A stretch of DNA of 64,000 bases from Chloroflexota bacterium (lineage in GTDB: Bacteria > Chloroflexota > Dehalococcoidia > Lucifugimonadales > UBA3495). The notes under the pieces are model-generated. The model searched no databases, was not told the DNA's origin, and was given only the letters and a program-made list of their open reading frames with translations. The stretch is taken from the NCBI GenBank assembly GCA_027623675.1, contig JAQBVF010000001.1, positions 1 to 64,000 on the forward strand. Reading direction: 5' to 3'. The number at the start of each line of letters is the position of its first letter. Within the stretch, counting starts at the first letter, position 1. The position numbers and the translations under genes are program-made. Positions 1-9,121 of this stretch are shown here, one piece after another.

Positions 1-130
1 ACACATGGCCTTGAACATGATCAGACGGGAAACCAGTTCCAAAGATGGGGTCAAGGCCAGAAGATTGAGGGCCGGCTGGGATGAGGACTACCTTCTCAAG
101 GTGTTATCCCTATGAGATGCGATTGCCCTG
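1..130 (+). mobile_element. Right end of an ISAs1-family insertion sequence
   Basis: Transposase stop at 113-115 is followed by GATGCGATTGCCCTG; the reverse complement begins CAGGG, the usual ISAs1 terminal inverted repeat end. Confidence 0.75.
2..115 (+). CDS. ISAs1-family transposase, C-terminal end (partial, runs off window start)
   Basis: Frame from nt 2 reads HMALNMIRRETSSKDGVKARRLRAGWDEDYLLKVLSL*, matching the typical ISAs1 C-terminus (ALN...KRLRAGWDxxYL); not in the ORF track. Confidence 0.85.
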   Translation, partial: HMALNMIRRETSSKDGVKARRLRAGWDEDYLLKVLSL

Positions 131-149
131 GACGCCACATCCACTCCCG

Positions 150-178
150 TTGACAGGCGCGGGTGGGCCTATTACACT
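150..178 (+). promoter_or_regulatory. Sigma70-type promoter upstream of hemA
   Basis: TTGACA (150-155), 17-bp spacer, TACACT (173-178). Confidence 0.55.
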
Positions 179-386
179 CGCTGGTAGCCTGAAACACTTG
201 ACCGAATTTTGAGAGGATTTGGTAGTTTTTTATAGATTTTTGTAGCCTTTTCAACCGGTGAATCAAGATTTGCCCGGGCTATCTATATCCATTTCCTCTT
301 CTTTCCATGATAATTATTCTGCACCATGGGCCTGCCTTGTGAGCGGCCAAAGCCTACCGGCGGACCAGAATATCCCGGGAGACAAC

Positions 387-1736
387 TTGGAATTCCTAGT
401 CGTTGGACTTAACCATCGGACGGCGCCCGTAGAGATTCGCGAGCGGCTTGCCCTGAATAAAGAGCAATTGCCCGACGCCCTCAGAGCCATGACCAGCCAC
501 GGAGTGCCCGGCGTTGTGCTGTCGACCTGCAATCGCTCCGAGTTCTATACCATCGACTCCCCCGGAATTCCCGGAATCTCCGGGACCGTTCCGTTAAATG
601 CCGCCCGGCCCAACCCTCAGGTCAATGGCGCCCGGCCCAGCCCCCAAGCCGGCGAGGACCAAGTGAAAGCATTCTTGGTCGAGAGGTTCGGCATCTCCCT
701 GTTGGACGTCGACCGCTACCTGTACGTCTACCGGGGTTACGACTGCATCCACCATCTGTTCCGCGTGGCCTCCAGTCTTGATTCGATGATCCTGGGCGAG
801 GAGCAGATCATCGGCCAGGTGCGGGACGCCTACGAAGCCGCCACCACCGCCGGGACCGCACAGGGTCCCCTGGCCCAGCTGTTCCAGCAGGCTCTCCGGG
901 TGGGCCGCCGCGTCCGCCGTGAGACCGGCATCAGCAGAAACGCCCTATCGGTGAGCCGGGCCTGCGTCGAGATGGCCAAGTCGGTGCTGGGCGACCTGTC
1001 CAGCCGCCGCGTCTTGGTGGTGGGCGCCGGCGAAGCCGGTGAACTCGCCGCCGAGGTCCTCAGTCTCTCGGGCGTGGGCAACATCACCGTCACCAATCGC
1101 ACCTACGAGCGTGCCCAGGAGTTGGCCGCCAGTCTCTCCGGCCAGGCCGTGCCGTTCGACGGCATGCCCAAGGCCCTGCGGGAATCGGATATCGTCATCG
1201 GCTGCACCGGCTCGCCCGGATACGTGCTGCCGGCCAACCTCATCGGCGACACCATGGCGGCCCGCCCCGACCGGCCCCTATTCCTGATCGACATCGCCGT
1301 GCCCCGGGACATCGACCCCGAGGCCGCCCGGGTGCGGAACGTCTACTTAAATGACGTCGACGACCTGGAATCGGCGTCCCAAGCCAGCCGGGACAAGAAG
1401 GCCCAAGAAGCGGAGTGGGCTGAAGAACTGGCCACCGATGAGTCCCAGCAATTCCGACAATGGTGCCTGGACCTTGAAGCCCTGCCCACGGTGATTGAAC
1501 TGCGCAACCGGGCCGATCAAGTCCGCTCCTACGAACTGCGCAAGACCATGCGGAAGCTGAACGGCAAACTGGACGCGGCAGCCCTGGAGTCTCTGGACGC
1601 CATGACCAAGGCCATCGTGAACAAACTGCTTCACGACCCGACCATGTTCCTGAAAGAGCGCAAAGGCCCCGAGGAACTTCAAACGGCCAGGGATATTTTC
1701 CGCCTGAGCGAAGAGGGTTACCAAGGGCCCGATTAA
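387..1736 (+). CDS. hemA: Glutamyl-tRNA reductase
   Basis: VGLNHRTAPVEIRE, LSTCNRSE, SLDSMILGEEQIIGQV, GAGEAG, DIAVPRDID motifs; start moved to TTG 387 after a GGAGA RBS. Confidence 0.95.
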   Translation: MEFLVVGLNHRTAPVEIRERLALNKEQLPDALRAMTSHGVPGVVLSTCNRSEFYTIDSPGIPGISGTVPLNAARPNPQVNGARPSPQAGEDQVKAFLVERFGISLLDVDRYLYVYRGYDCIHHLFRVASSLDSMILGEEQIIGQVRDAYEAATTAGTAQGPLAQLFQQALRVGRRVRRETGISRNALSVSRACVEMAKSVLGDLSSRRVLVVGAGEAGELAAEVLSLSGVGNITVTNRTYERAQELAASLSGQAVPFDGMPKALRESDIVIGCTGSPGYVLPANLIGDTMAARPDRPLFLIDIAVPRDIDPEAARVRNVYLNDVDDLESASQASRDKKAQEAEWAEELATDESQQFRQWCLDLEALPTVIELRNRADQVRSYELRKTMRKLNGKLDAAALESLDAMTKAIVNKLLHDPTMFLKERKGPEELQTARDIFRLSEEGYQGPD

Positions 1737-1898
1737 AGCCCGGTAACCGTCTTGTTTCACCGGACACGCCGCCGCACAGCTCGCTCACTACACTCCTGTC
1801 CGGCACACTATTTCATCAATCGTCCCGCAATCGTCCCGCCCCCTGACCTCGCACTGCGAAACCGGCTATAATAAGGCACCAACAATATCGGGATAGTT

Positions 1899-2549
1899 AT
1901 GTCATTAGTAGAAAAATACGCCCTCCTTCCGGAGGAGATTGACCGCCAAAGCATCGAAGTAGTGGAAGCCAGCCTGCCGGACCTGAACGGCCTCACGCCC
2001 GAGGAACGCTACGTCGTGTTCCGCATCGTGCGTGCGGAAGGCGACCCGGAGATATCCAGATACGTGGGGTTCAGCCCCGGCGCCGTCGAGCGCGGCATCG
2101 CCGCCATCAAGGCCAAGGCCGCTGTTGTCACCGACGTGCGCATGGTGGAGGTTGGCATCTCCAAAGCCCTTCTGGGCAGGTGCGGCCTCACAACCTACTG
2201 CCAGATCGATACCCCCAACACCGCCGCCAGGGCCAAGGCCGACGGCACCACCCGTTCCGTAGCCGCCATCCGGGAGCTTGCGCCGCGCTTGAACGGAGCC
2301 ATCGCCGTGGTCGGCAACGCCCCCACCGCCCTCCTGGCGTTGCTGGATATGATAAAAGAAGGCCAGGCAGCGCCGGCCTTGGTCATCGGCATGCCCGTGG
2401 GCTTCATCGCTTGCGCCGAGTCGAAAGCCGAACTGGCCAAGGTCGACGTTCCCTACATCTCCATCTGGGAAAGGCGCGGTGGCAGCTCCGCGGCGGCAGC
2501 CACGGTCAACGCTCTGCTGGGACTGGCGCTTCAAGAGGTAGCTCTGTGA
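1899..2549 (+). CDS. cbiC: Cobalt-precorrin-8 methylmutase (CbiC/CobH)
   Basis: TDVRMV, TRS, VGNAPTAL, IGMPVGF...ESK, RGGSSAAAATVNAL motifs. Confidence 0.93.
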   Translation: MSLVEKYALLPEEIDRQSIEVVEASLPDLNGLTPEERYVVFRIVRAEGDPEISRYVGFSPGAVERGIAAIKAKAAVVTDVRMVEVGISKALLGRCGLTTYCQIDTPNTAARAKADGTTRSVAAIRELAPRLNGAIAVVGNAPTALLALLDMIKEGQAAPALVIGMPVGFIACAESKAELAKVDVPYISIWERRGGSSAAAATVNALLGLALQEVAL

Positions 2550-3457
2550 ACGAAAATAATAATGGCGAGTCCGCCGGCAACAACGGCTGGGGAGTCGTCC
2601 TGCTGGGTCACGGCAGCCAGCGAGGGACCAGCAAAGCCGAGTGCTCCTGCGCCTGGCAACAGTCTGAAGACATGGCGAAGAGTCCTGGTTGGTGCCAGGA
2701 CTGCCCCAGCACCCCCGATGGCTTGCGCCAAGCCGCCGAACGGCTCCGGGGAATGCTGAACATCGACCAGTCTCAGGTCGTCCTGTCCTGTCTGGAGTTC
2801 ATTGAGCCATTCCCGCCCGAAGCGGTGCACCTGCTGGAAGAACGCGGCTTCCACAACGTGGTGGTCGCCCCATTCCTATTGGGCAACGGGAAGCACGCCA
2901 CGCTGGAGATGAACGAGATCATCGACGAGCTGCGCGGCGAACTGCCGGACACCCGGTTGCACCTGGCCGACGGCCTGGGCTGCGACCCCAGTCTGGCCGA
3001 TCTGGTGGTCCAGAGGGTCAGGGACCTGGAGGCTTCACCCGATTTTTCAGACTTGAACCAAGTGTCGGGCACCAAGGGCATCCTATTGGTCAAAGCGGGC
3101 ACCAAGTCCGAATATGACGACTGCCTCTGGCTGGAAGACCTAGGTCAACTGGCCGAGGCGCGGCTGGGCGGCGGTTACGCCGTGGCGGTGGCCCAGTCCC
3201 ACTACGGCGACCCCACCATGGACGACGCCGCGGCCAAGCTGGTTGAGACCCGCCAGGTCTCATCCATCATGTGCGTTCCCTACCTGTTCTTCCCCGGCCT
3301 GATACTCCAGCGCAATGTTATCGGCGGCATGGAGGCCATTAAAGAACGCTACCCCAACGTGGTGATGTCGGTTACGCCTCCCCTGGGCGTGGACGACAAA
3401 GTGGTGTCCGTCACCGCCGACCGGGTGCGCCAGGTCTGGCAGCAGGCTTCAGAATGA
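2546..3457 (+). CDS. cbiX: Two-domain CbiX/SirB-family cobaltochelatase with Cys-rich insertion
   Basis: GHGS, LEF, PFLLGNGKH and LG.DP in domain 1; PYLFFPG and PPLG in domain 2; GTG start overlaps the cbiC stop (GTGA). Confidence 0.85.
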   Translation: MNENNNGESAGNNGWGVVLLGHGSQRGTSKAECSCAWQQSEDMAKSPGWCQDCPSTPDGLRQAAERLRGMLNIDQSQVVLSCLEFIEPFPPEAVHLLEERGFHNVVVAPFLLGNGKHATLEMNEIIDELRGELPDTRLHLADGLGCDPSLADLVVQRVRDLEASPDFSDLNQVSGTKGILLVKAGTKSEYDDCLWLEDLGQLAEARLGGGYAVAVAQSHYGDPTMDDAAAKLVETRQVSSIMCVPYLFFPGLILQRNVIGGMEAIKERYPNVVMSVTPPLGVDDKVVSVTADRVRQVWQQASE

Positions 3458-4677
3458 GTCCCGCGAACGAGGAAAACGGACGAGTAAACCCGACTCCGGA
3501 GAGCGACTACAGCCGGCCGACCGTCCGGGGCAAGGGCATGCGCACGGGCTACACCACCGGCGCCTGCGCCACGGCGGCAACCAAGGCCGCGGTAACCGCC
3601 CTTCTGACCGGAACCCCCCTGGACCGGATAACCATTCATCTGCCCATGGGCAGCGATGTCGAGTTCAAGCTGAACCGCTGTGAATGGACCGACCGCACGC
3701 CTGGCAGCGAAAAGGTGCTTTGCTCGGTGATCAAGGACGGAGGCGACGACCCAGACGCAACTCACGGCGCGGAGATCTGCGCCACGATCTCCGTCGGCCC
3801 AGCTAGCGAAGAGGGCGTGACCATCAAAGGCGGGGTGGGCGTCGGAATAGTTACCTTTCCCGGCACCGGCATCCCGGTCGGCGAGCCGGCGGTGACGCGG
3901 GTGCCCCGGCGCATGATCATCGAATCCGCCCTGGAAGCCGCCCAAGCGCACGGCTTGGGATCCGGCAAAGGCATCATCGTCGAACTATCGGTCCCCACCG
4001 GCGAAGAGGTGGCGTTGAAGACCACCAACGCCCGCCTGGGAGTCATCGGCGGCATCTCCATCCTGGGCAGCACCGGTGTGGTCCAGCCCTACTCCACCGC
4101 CGCCTGGCGGGCCAGCGTTAACCTGGCCATCGACGTGGCGGCCACCAACAAGATTGGCCACATGGTGCTCTCCACCGGCCTGCAGAGCGAAGCTTTCACC
4201 AAGAACCATCTGGACCTGCCAGACATGTCTTACGTGGGCGTGGGCATCTTCAGCGGCGCCGCCCTCAAGCGGTGCGTCTCGCGAGGCATCGGACGGGCGA
4301 CCCACGTGGGCATGGTCGGCAAGTTCTCCAAGATGGCCATGGGCTATTTCGTAACCCACGTCGCCGGCAACAAGGTGGACACCGAGTTCCTAGCCGGCCT
4401 GGCCGGAAAGTGCGGGGCTTCGGAAGAATTGCAGAAGGAGATGGCCGCGACAACCTCCGGCAGGCACTTCGGCGAGATCGCCCTGGCCAACAACCAACTC
4501 GAGCTGTTCAGCCTCATGAGCCAGATGGTCTGCGACGAGAGCCATAAGCTGCTGGGCGACGACGCCGGCAAGCTGATCGTCGACGCCATGTGTTTCGACT
4601 TCGACGGCACTCTCTTGGGCTATGCATCCACGTCGCCCGAAGGCATCCCGCGCGTCTCCTCATCCGAGGCGGCCTAG
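3454..4677 (+). CDS. cbiD: Cobalt-precorrin-5B C1-methyltransferase
   Basis: MRTGYTTGACATAATKAA, KDGGDDPDATHG, NARLGVIGGISILGSTG. Confidence 0.95.
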   Translation: MSPANEENGRVNPTPESDYSRPTVRGKGMRTGYTTGACATAATKAAVTALLTGTPLDRITIHLPMGSDVEFKLNRCEWTDRTPGSEKVLCSVIKDGGDDPDATHGAEICATISVGPASEEGVTIKGGVGVGIVTFPGTGIPVGEPAVTRVPRRMIIESALEAAQAHGLGSGKGIIVELSVPTGEEVALKTTNARLGVIGGISILGSTGVVQPYSTAAWRASVNLAIDVAATNKIGHMVLSTGLQSEAFTKNHLDLPDMSYVGVGIFSGAALKRCVSRGIGRATHVGMVGKFSKMAMGYFVTHVAGNKVDTEFLAGLAGKCGASEELQKEMAATTSGRHFGEIALANNQLELFSLMSQMVCDESHKLLGDDAGKLIVDAMCFDFDGTLLGYASTSPEGIPRVSSSEAA

Positions 4678-4678
4678 G

Positions 4679-5320
4679 TTGGTTCCCAAGTTGATCAACG
4701 ACCCGGCGAGTCTGGACCATACTTGGCCGGACCGGTCTTTGGGACTGCCCGACGACGCCTTTGAGCAACGGCGGCCCAACAAAGGGCAGATAACCAAACG
4801 CGAGGTGCGGGCCGTTAGCCTCTATTCTCTGGGGCTCCGCCACGACAGCGTGGTTTGGGACATCGGCGCGGGCACCGGGTCCATCTCGGTGGAGGCGGCC
4901 TTTATCGCCGACCGGGGCCAGGTCTTCGCCATCGAACGCGACACCGATTCCCTGCCCCTGCTGGAGGCGAACATCGCCCGCTGGGGGTCCGAGAACATCC
5001 AGATCGTGTCCGGCGAGGCCCCCGGCGCGCTGGATAGCCTGCCCGACCCGGACTCGGTCTTCGTCGGCGGCAGCGGCGGCAATCTGCCGGCCATACTGGA
5101 ACACGCCGCGGCCCGGCTCAAGACCGGCGGGGCCATCGTGGTGAACCTGGCGGTGCTGGAACGGACCCAAGAATCCTACCGGCTGCTGAAAGATATGGGT
5201 CTTGATACCGAACTCGCCCAGGTCACGTCGGCTCGGGGCAAAGAGATGCCCGACGGCGCGCTGCGGCTGGAGTCGCTGAACCCCGTGTTCATCGTCTCGG
5301 CGCGGCGGGGAGGTAACTAG
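4679..5320 (+). CDS. cbiT: Cobalt-precorrin-6B C15-methyltransferase (decarboxylating), stand-alone CbiT
   Basis: GLPDDAF, ITKREVRA, WDIGAGTGSISVEAA, FVGGSGG, NPVFI; start TTG 4679 or 4691 uncertain. Confidence 0.9.
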   Translation: MVPKLINDPASLDHTWPDRSLGLPDDAFEQRRPNKGQITKREVRAVSLYSLGLRHDSVVWDIGAGTGSISVEAAFIADRGQVFAIERDTDSLPLLEANIARWGSENIQIVSGEAPGALDSLPDPDSVFVGGSGGNLPAILEHAAARLKTGGAIVVNLAVLERTQESYRLLKDMGLDTELAQVTSARGKEMPDGALRLESLNPVFIVSARRGGN

Positions 5321-5321
5321 A

Positions 5322-6071
5322 ATGGCCGAGCGGTCCATCAAGGATTCGCCAGGCATCGGCTGCCTCTACGGGATAGGGGTTGGCCCCGGAGACCCTGAGC
5401 TGATAACCCTTAAGGCACTGAAAGCCCTGCAGAAAGTGCCGGTGATCTGCGTGCCTCAGGCGGCCAACCGCAGCGACAGTTACGCCCTGACCATCGTTAA
5501 GGATTATGTAACCCCAGAGCAGGAGATACTCCGGGCCCCCTTCCCCACCGATGACGCCGACGGCGCGGCCCAGGTCTGGCGTGAAGCCTCGGAATTGGTG
5601 GTGGAACGGCTCATGAAAGGGCAGGACGTAGCCTTCCTGACCGAAGGCGACCCCATGCTTTTCAGCACTTTTTCCTACGTTCTGGACGGCGTTAGAGAGA
5701 TGTGCCCCGACGCGCCCATCCAGATCATTCCCGGCATCTCCTCAGTGATGGCCGCGGCGGCCAGTTCCGGCACTCCCCTGGTCACCCACGGGCAACGCCT
5801 GGCCATACTGCCGGCGGCTTACGGGTTGGATGATCTGTCTCGGACCACGTCCCACTTCGACACTGTGGTATTGATGAAGGTCAGCTCCAGCATGATCAAG
5901 GCGGTTGCGGAACTGGAGGAATTGGGCCTGACCGGCCAGAGCACCTACGTGCGGCGGGTCAGCACCGACCGGGAAAAAGTGATCCGCGACGTGACTTCCA
6001 TCACCGCGGAAGACCTCGATTACTTCTCTTTGCTCATAATCAAAGGGCAAAGCACGGGCAACCCCAAATAA
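5322..6071 (+). CDS. cbiL: Cobalt-factor II/precorrin-2 C20-methyltransferase
   Basis: LYGIGVGPGDPELITLKA, FLTEGDPMLFSTF, VLMKV, YFSLLI. Confidence 0.92.
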   Translation: MAERSIKDSPGIGCLYGIGVGPGDPELITLKALKALQKVPVICVPQAANRSDSYALTIVKDYVTPEQEILRAPFPTDDADGAAQVWREASELVVERLMKGQDVAFLTEGDPMLFSTFSYVLDGVREMCPDAPIQIIPGISSVMAAAASSGTPLVTHGQRLAILPAAYGLDDLSRTTSHFDTVVLMKVSSSMIKAVAELEELGLTGQSTYVRRVSTDREKVIRDVTSITAEDLDYFSLLIIKGQSTGNPK

Positions 6072-6087
6072 CCAAGGAGAACATAGA

Positions 6088-6921
6088 ATGACTCAAACCA
6101 ATGGGAATCAATCCAAAGGCAAAGTCTACATAGTCGGCGGCGGACCGGGAGACCCGGAACTGCTGACGCTGAAAGCCAAGCGCATCATCGAATCCGCCGA
6201 TCTGGTCATATTCGCCGACTCCCTGGTCCCGCCCGAAGTGGTGGGGTTCGCCAAGGAAGGCGCCCAGGTCATCGGCAGTAAAGAGCTGAACCTGGACGAG
6301 ATCATGGACCTGGAACTGTCCGCGGTGCGCGATGGCAAGACGGTTGCCAGGGTGCAGAGCGGCGACCCGTCCATCTACGGGGCCATCCTGGAGCAGATGC
6401 GCATCCTTGACCGAGAGGGCGTCGACTTCGAGATCATCCCCGGCGTCAGCGCCGCGTTCGCCGCGGCTGCGGTGCTGAACTCCGAACTCACCGTCCCTGA
6501 AAAGGCCCAAACGGTGATCTTCACCCGGGCGGAAGGCCGGGTTGCCATGCCCCCCGGTGAGCAGCTAAAGGACCTGGCCGCCCACGGCTGCACCATGGTC
6601 ATCTTCCTCAGCATCACCCGTATGACCAAAGTCGTGCGTGAGTTGACCTCCTCCGGGTATACCGAAAACACGCCGGTTGCCGTGGTCTACCGCGTGGGCT
6701 GGCCCGACGAGTTAGTGATCCGTGGCACGTTGAAAGATATCGCAGCCAAGGTGCGCGCGGCCAAGATCACCCTGCAAGCCTTGATCATAGTGGGCGACGC
6801 CGTCGATCCCGGATTGGATGCCGCCGGCGCAGTCTCCCATCTGTACTCGTCGGAATACACTCACCGCTACCGCCGGGGCCAAGAAGCCGTATCCGGGACC
6901 CAGGCCAGTGGCAACTCCTAA
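6088..6921 (+). CDS. cbiF: Cobalt-precorrin-4 C11-methyltransferase
   Basis: GPGDPELLTLK, ADSLV, SGDPSIYGAILEQM, ELTVPEKAQTVIFTR, SHLY. Confidence 0.95.
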   Translation: MTQTNGNQSKGKVYIVGGGPGDPELLTLKAKRIIESADLVIFADSLVPPEVVGFAKEGAQVIGSKELNLDEIMDLELSAVRDGKTVARVQSGDPSIYGAILEQMRILDREGVDFEIIPGVSAAFAAAAVLNSELTVPEKAQTVIFTRAEGRVAMPPGEQLKDLAAHGCTMVIFLSITRMTKVVRELTSSGYTENTPVAVVYRVGWPDELVIRGTLKDIAAKVRAAKITLQALIIVGDAVDPGLDAAGAVSHLYSSEYTHRYRRGQEAVSGTQASGNS

Positions 6922-8050
6922 CGCTGGGGCTGCCGAACGCCGGGATCCGGAACGGACCGCTGTCATAGCCCTGACCCGCAACGGCGCGCGAATGGCGCGA
7001 AGGTTGGCTGGGGAATTCGAACGGGACGTGACTCTGTTTCTAGACCGTCGCTTTCTCCAAGACGGCGACGATGCCGTTGCCTTTGACCTGCCCTTGCGGC
7101 CGGTGGTGGAACGGGCCTTCGCCGAATACTCCAACCTGGTTCTGTTCCTGTCCGTGGGGGCCGCCATCCGGCTCCTGGCGCCGTCACTAGAGAGCAAACA
7201 GGCGGACCCCGCAGTGGTCTGCGTCGACGATGCCGGCAGCTTCTGCGTCAGCCTGATCTCGGGACACGTGGGCGGGGCCGACAAACTGGCCGAAGAAGCG
7301 GCCCGGCTTCTGGGCGCCACGGCGGTGATAACATCTGCCTCCCATGCCTCGGGAACCCTGGCGGTAGACCTGCTTGGGCGGGAGTTCGGCTGGAGGTTGG
7401 CGGCCGATTCAAACGCCGTGACCCGCGCCAGCGCCGCCGTGATCAACGGCATGCCTGTGGGCGTGTGGCAAGGAGCCGGGGAGCCAGACTGGTGGCCCCA
7501 CGACACGCCGCTGCCGGAGAACATCACGGTGTACCCGGCGTTGCGCGACCTGGCCGCCTCCGCCTGCGCCGCCGCGCTGATCGTTACCGACAGGCTCGAC
7601 CCATTGGACACACTGCTGGCCGACAAGCACACGGTTGTCTACCGGCCCAAAAGCTTGGTCGCCGGGATGGGCTGCCGCCGGGGAGTTCCTGTCGAAGAAC
7701 TGGAATCCTTTCTAGCCGAGACTTTCCTTGCGCATGGACTGGCGTTGGAATGCCTGGCCGGCATCGCAACCGCAGAGATCAAGCGTGGCGAGCCGGGGCT
7801 GGAGCAGTTGGCCAAACGGCACGGTGTGCCTCTAACGTTCTTTGGCGCCGAAGACCTGAACCGAGTATTTGAAACCAACCCGGATGCCATCACCTCCAAG
7901 TCGGAGCGCGCCCGCAGCCTGGTGGGTGTCTGGGGCGTGGCCGAGCCGTCAGCCCTTCTCACTGCCGGGGCGAAAGACCTGCTTGTAACCAGGAAGAACA
8001 CCAGCCGGGCGACCATTGCCGTCGCCCGGAAAGTCTTCAGCGAGGACTGA
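6908..8050 (+). CDS. cbiG: Cobalt-precorrin-5A hydrolase
   Basis: SKQADPAVVCVDD, SLISGHVGGA, GMGCRRG, GVAEPSAL; likely GTG start at 6908. Confidence 0.93.
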   Translation: MATPNAGAAERRDPERTAVIALTRNGARMARRLAGEFERDVTLFLDRRFLQDGDDAVAFDLPLRPVVERAFAEYSNLVLFLSVGAAIRLLAPSLESKQADPAVVCVDDAGSFCVSLISGHVGGADKLAEEAARLLGATAVITSASHASGTLAVDLLGREFGWRLAADSNAVTRASAAVINGMPVGVWQGAGEPDWWPHDTPLPENITVYPALRDLAASACAAALIVTDRLDPLDTLLADKHTVVYRPKSLVAGMGCRRGVPVEELESFLAETFLAHGLALECLAGIATAEIKRGEPGLEQLAKRHGVPLTFFGAEDLNRVFETNPDAITSKSERARSLVGVWGVAEPSALLTAGAKDLLVTRKNTSRATIAVARKVFSED

Positions 8051-8084
8051 TTCCGCTATCTGATTTCACGGAGAGCCCGAGTAA

Positions 8085-8867
8085 ATGACCACACAGCAAG
8101 GCGCTAACGGAAAAATCTATCTGGTGGGCCTGGGACCTGGCGACGCTCAGTACCTGGCCCCCGCCGCGTCACATGCCTTGGCCAGCAGCGACGTTGTCGT
8201 TGGCTTCCGCGCCTACATCGAGCAGATCGAAGGTTTGATCTCCGGCAAAGACGTGGTCTCCATGGAGCTGGGCCAGGAATTGGAACGGGCGGTCGCCGCG
8301 GTGGATTCGGCCTACTCGGGTAAGACCGTCGCGGTGGTGTCCTCGGGTGATGCCGGCATCTACGGCATGTCCGGTCCCGTATTCCGGGTGCTCACAGACC
8401 GAGATTGGGACGGCCAAAGTCCCGAGGTCCAGACCGTGCCCGGCGTGTCGGCCATGCAGGCGGCGGCGGCGGTTCTGGGATCGCCGCTGATGCAGGACTT
8501 TTGCGCCATCAGCCTTAGCGACCTGCTCACGCCTTGGGAGAAGATCCGCAGCCGGCTGGAAGCGGCGGGCCAGGGCGATTTCGTGGTTGCGCTCTACAAC
8601 CCCCGGAGCAAGCGGCGGCAGACCCAGCTATTGGAAGCGCGTGAGATATTGCTCAAGCACCGGCCCGGCAGCACCCCCGTCGGCCTGGTCGGCGATGCGT
8701 TCCGGCCCGGCCAGCGGGTCAAAGTCACCACCCTTCAGGACCTGGAGAGGGATGCCGGATACGTGGACATGGTGACCATCGTGGTTATCGGCAATTCCAC
8801 CACCTACCTGCATAGCGGCAAAGTGATCACCCCCAGAGGCTACGAAGAGAAGGCCAACCGGGCGTAA
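8085..8867 (+). CDS. cbiH: Cobalt-factor III/precorrin-3B C17-methyltransferase
   Basis: VGLGPG, SSGDAGIYGM, DFCAISLSDLLTPW, LYNPRSKRR, TPRGY. Confidence 0.95.
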   Translation: MTTQQGANGKIYLVGLGPGDAQYLAPAASHALASSDVVVGFRAYIEQIEGLISGKDVVSMELGQELERAVAAVDSAYSGKTVAVVSSGDAGIYGMSGPVFRVLTDRDWDGQSPEVQTVPGVSAMQAAAAVLGSPLMQDFCAISLSDLLTPWEKIRSRLEAAGQGDFVVALYNPRSKRRQTQLLEAREILLKHRPGSTPVGLVGDAFRPGQRVKVTTLQDLERDAGYVDMVTIVVIGNSTTYLHSGKVITPRGYEEKANRA

Positions 8868-9121
8868 CGGCGCCGGCGCGCCTTCATCTGCGTCGTCCCC
8901 GGGTTATACCCAGGCCGCCTCAGCCTGTTTCGCTGGTTGTACTCTTACGAAACTCGATCTGCGGCCTCATCAAGCCCGACGCACCCCTACTCCCTCCCCA
9001 TCTCCGCTGACGGCTGCCCGGTCACCCGATCGCTGCCGGCGTTTCGTGCGCCACGGCGTCTAACCGTGTACAATCCGGGCACCCTGAAACACCGGCCCAA
9101 TACCTGGAACGTGAGTGAGAT

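Noticed and set aside
130..9121. Cobalamin riboswitch upstream of hemA, cbiC or the MetE-like gene
   Set aside because: No GGGAA...GCCACTG / B12-box pattern found by eye in the spacers 130-386, 1737-1898 or 8868-9121
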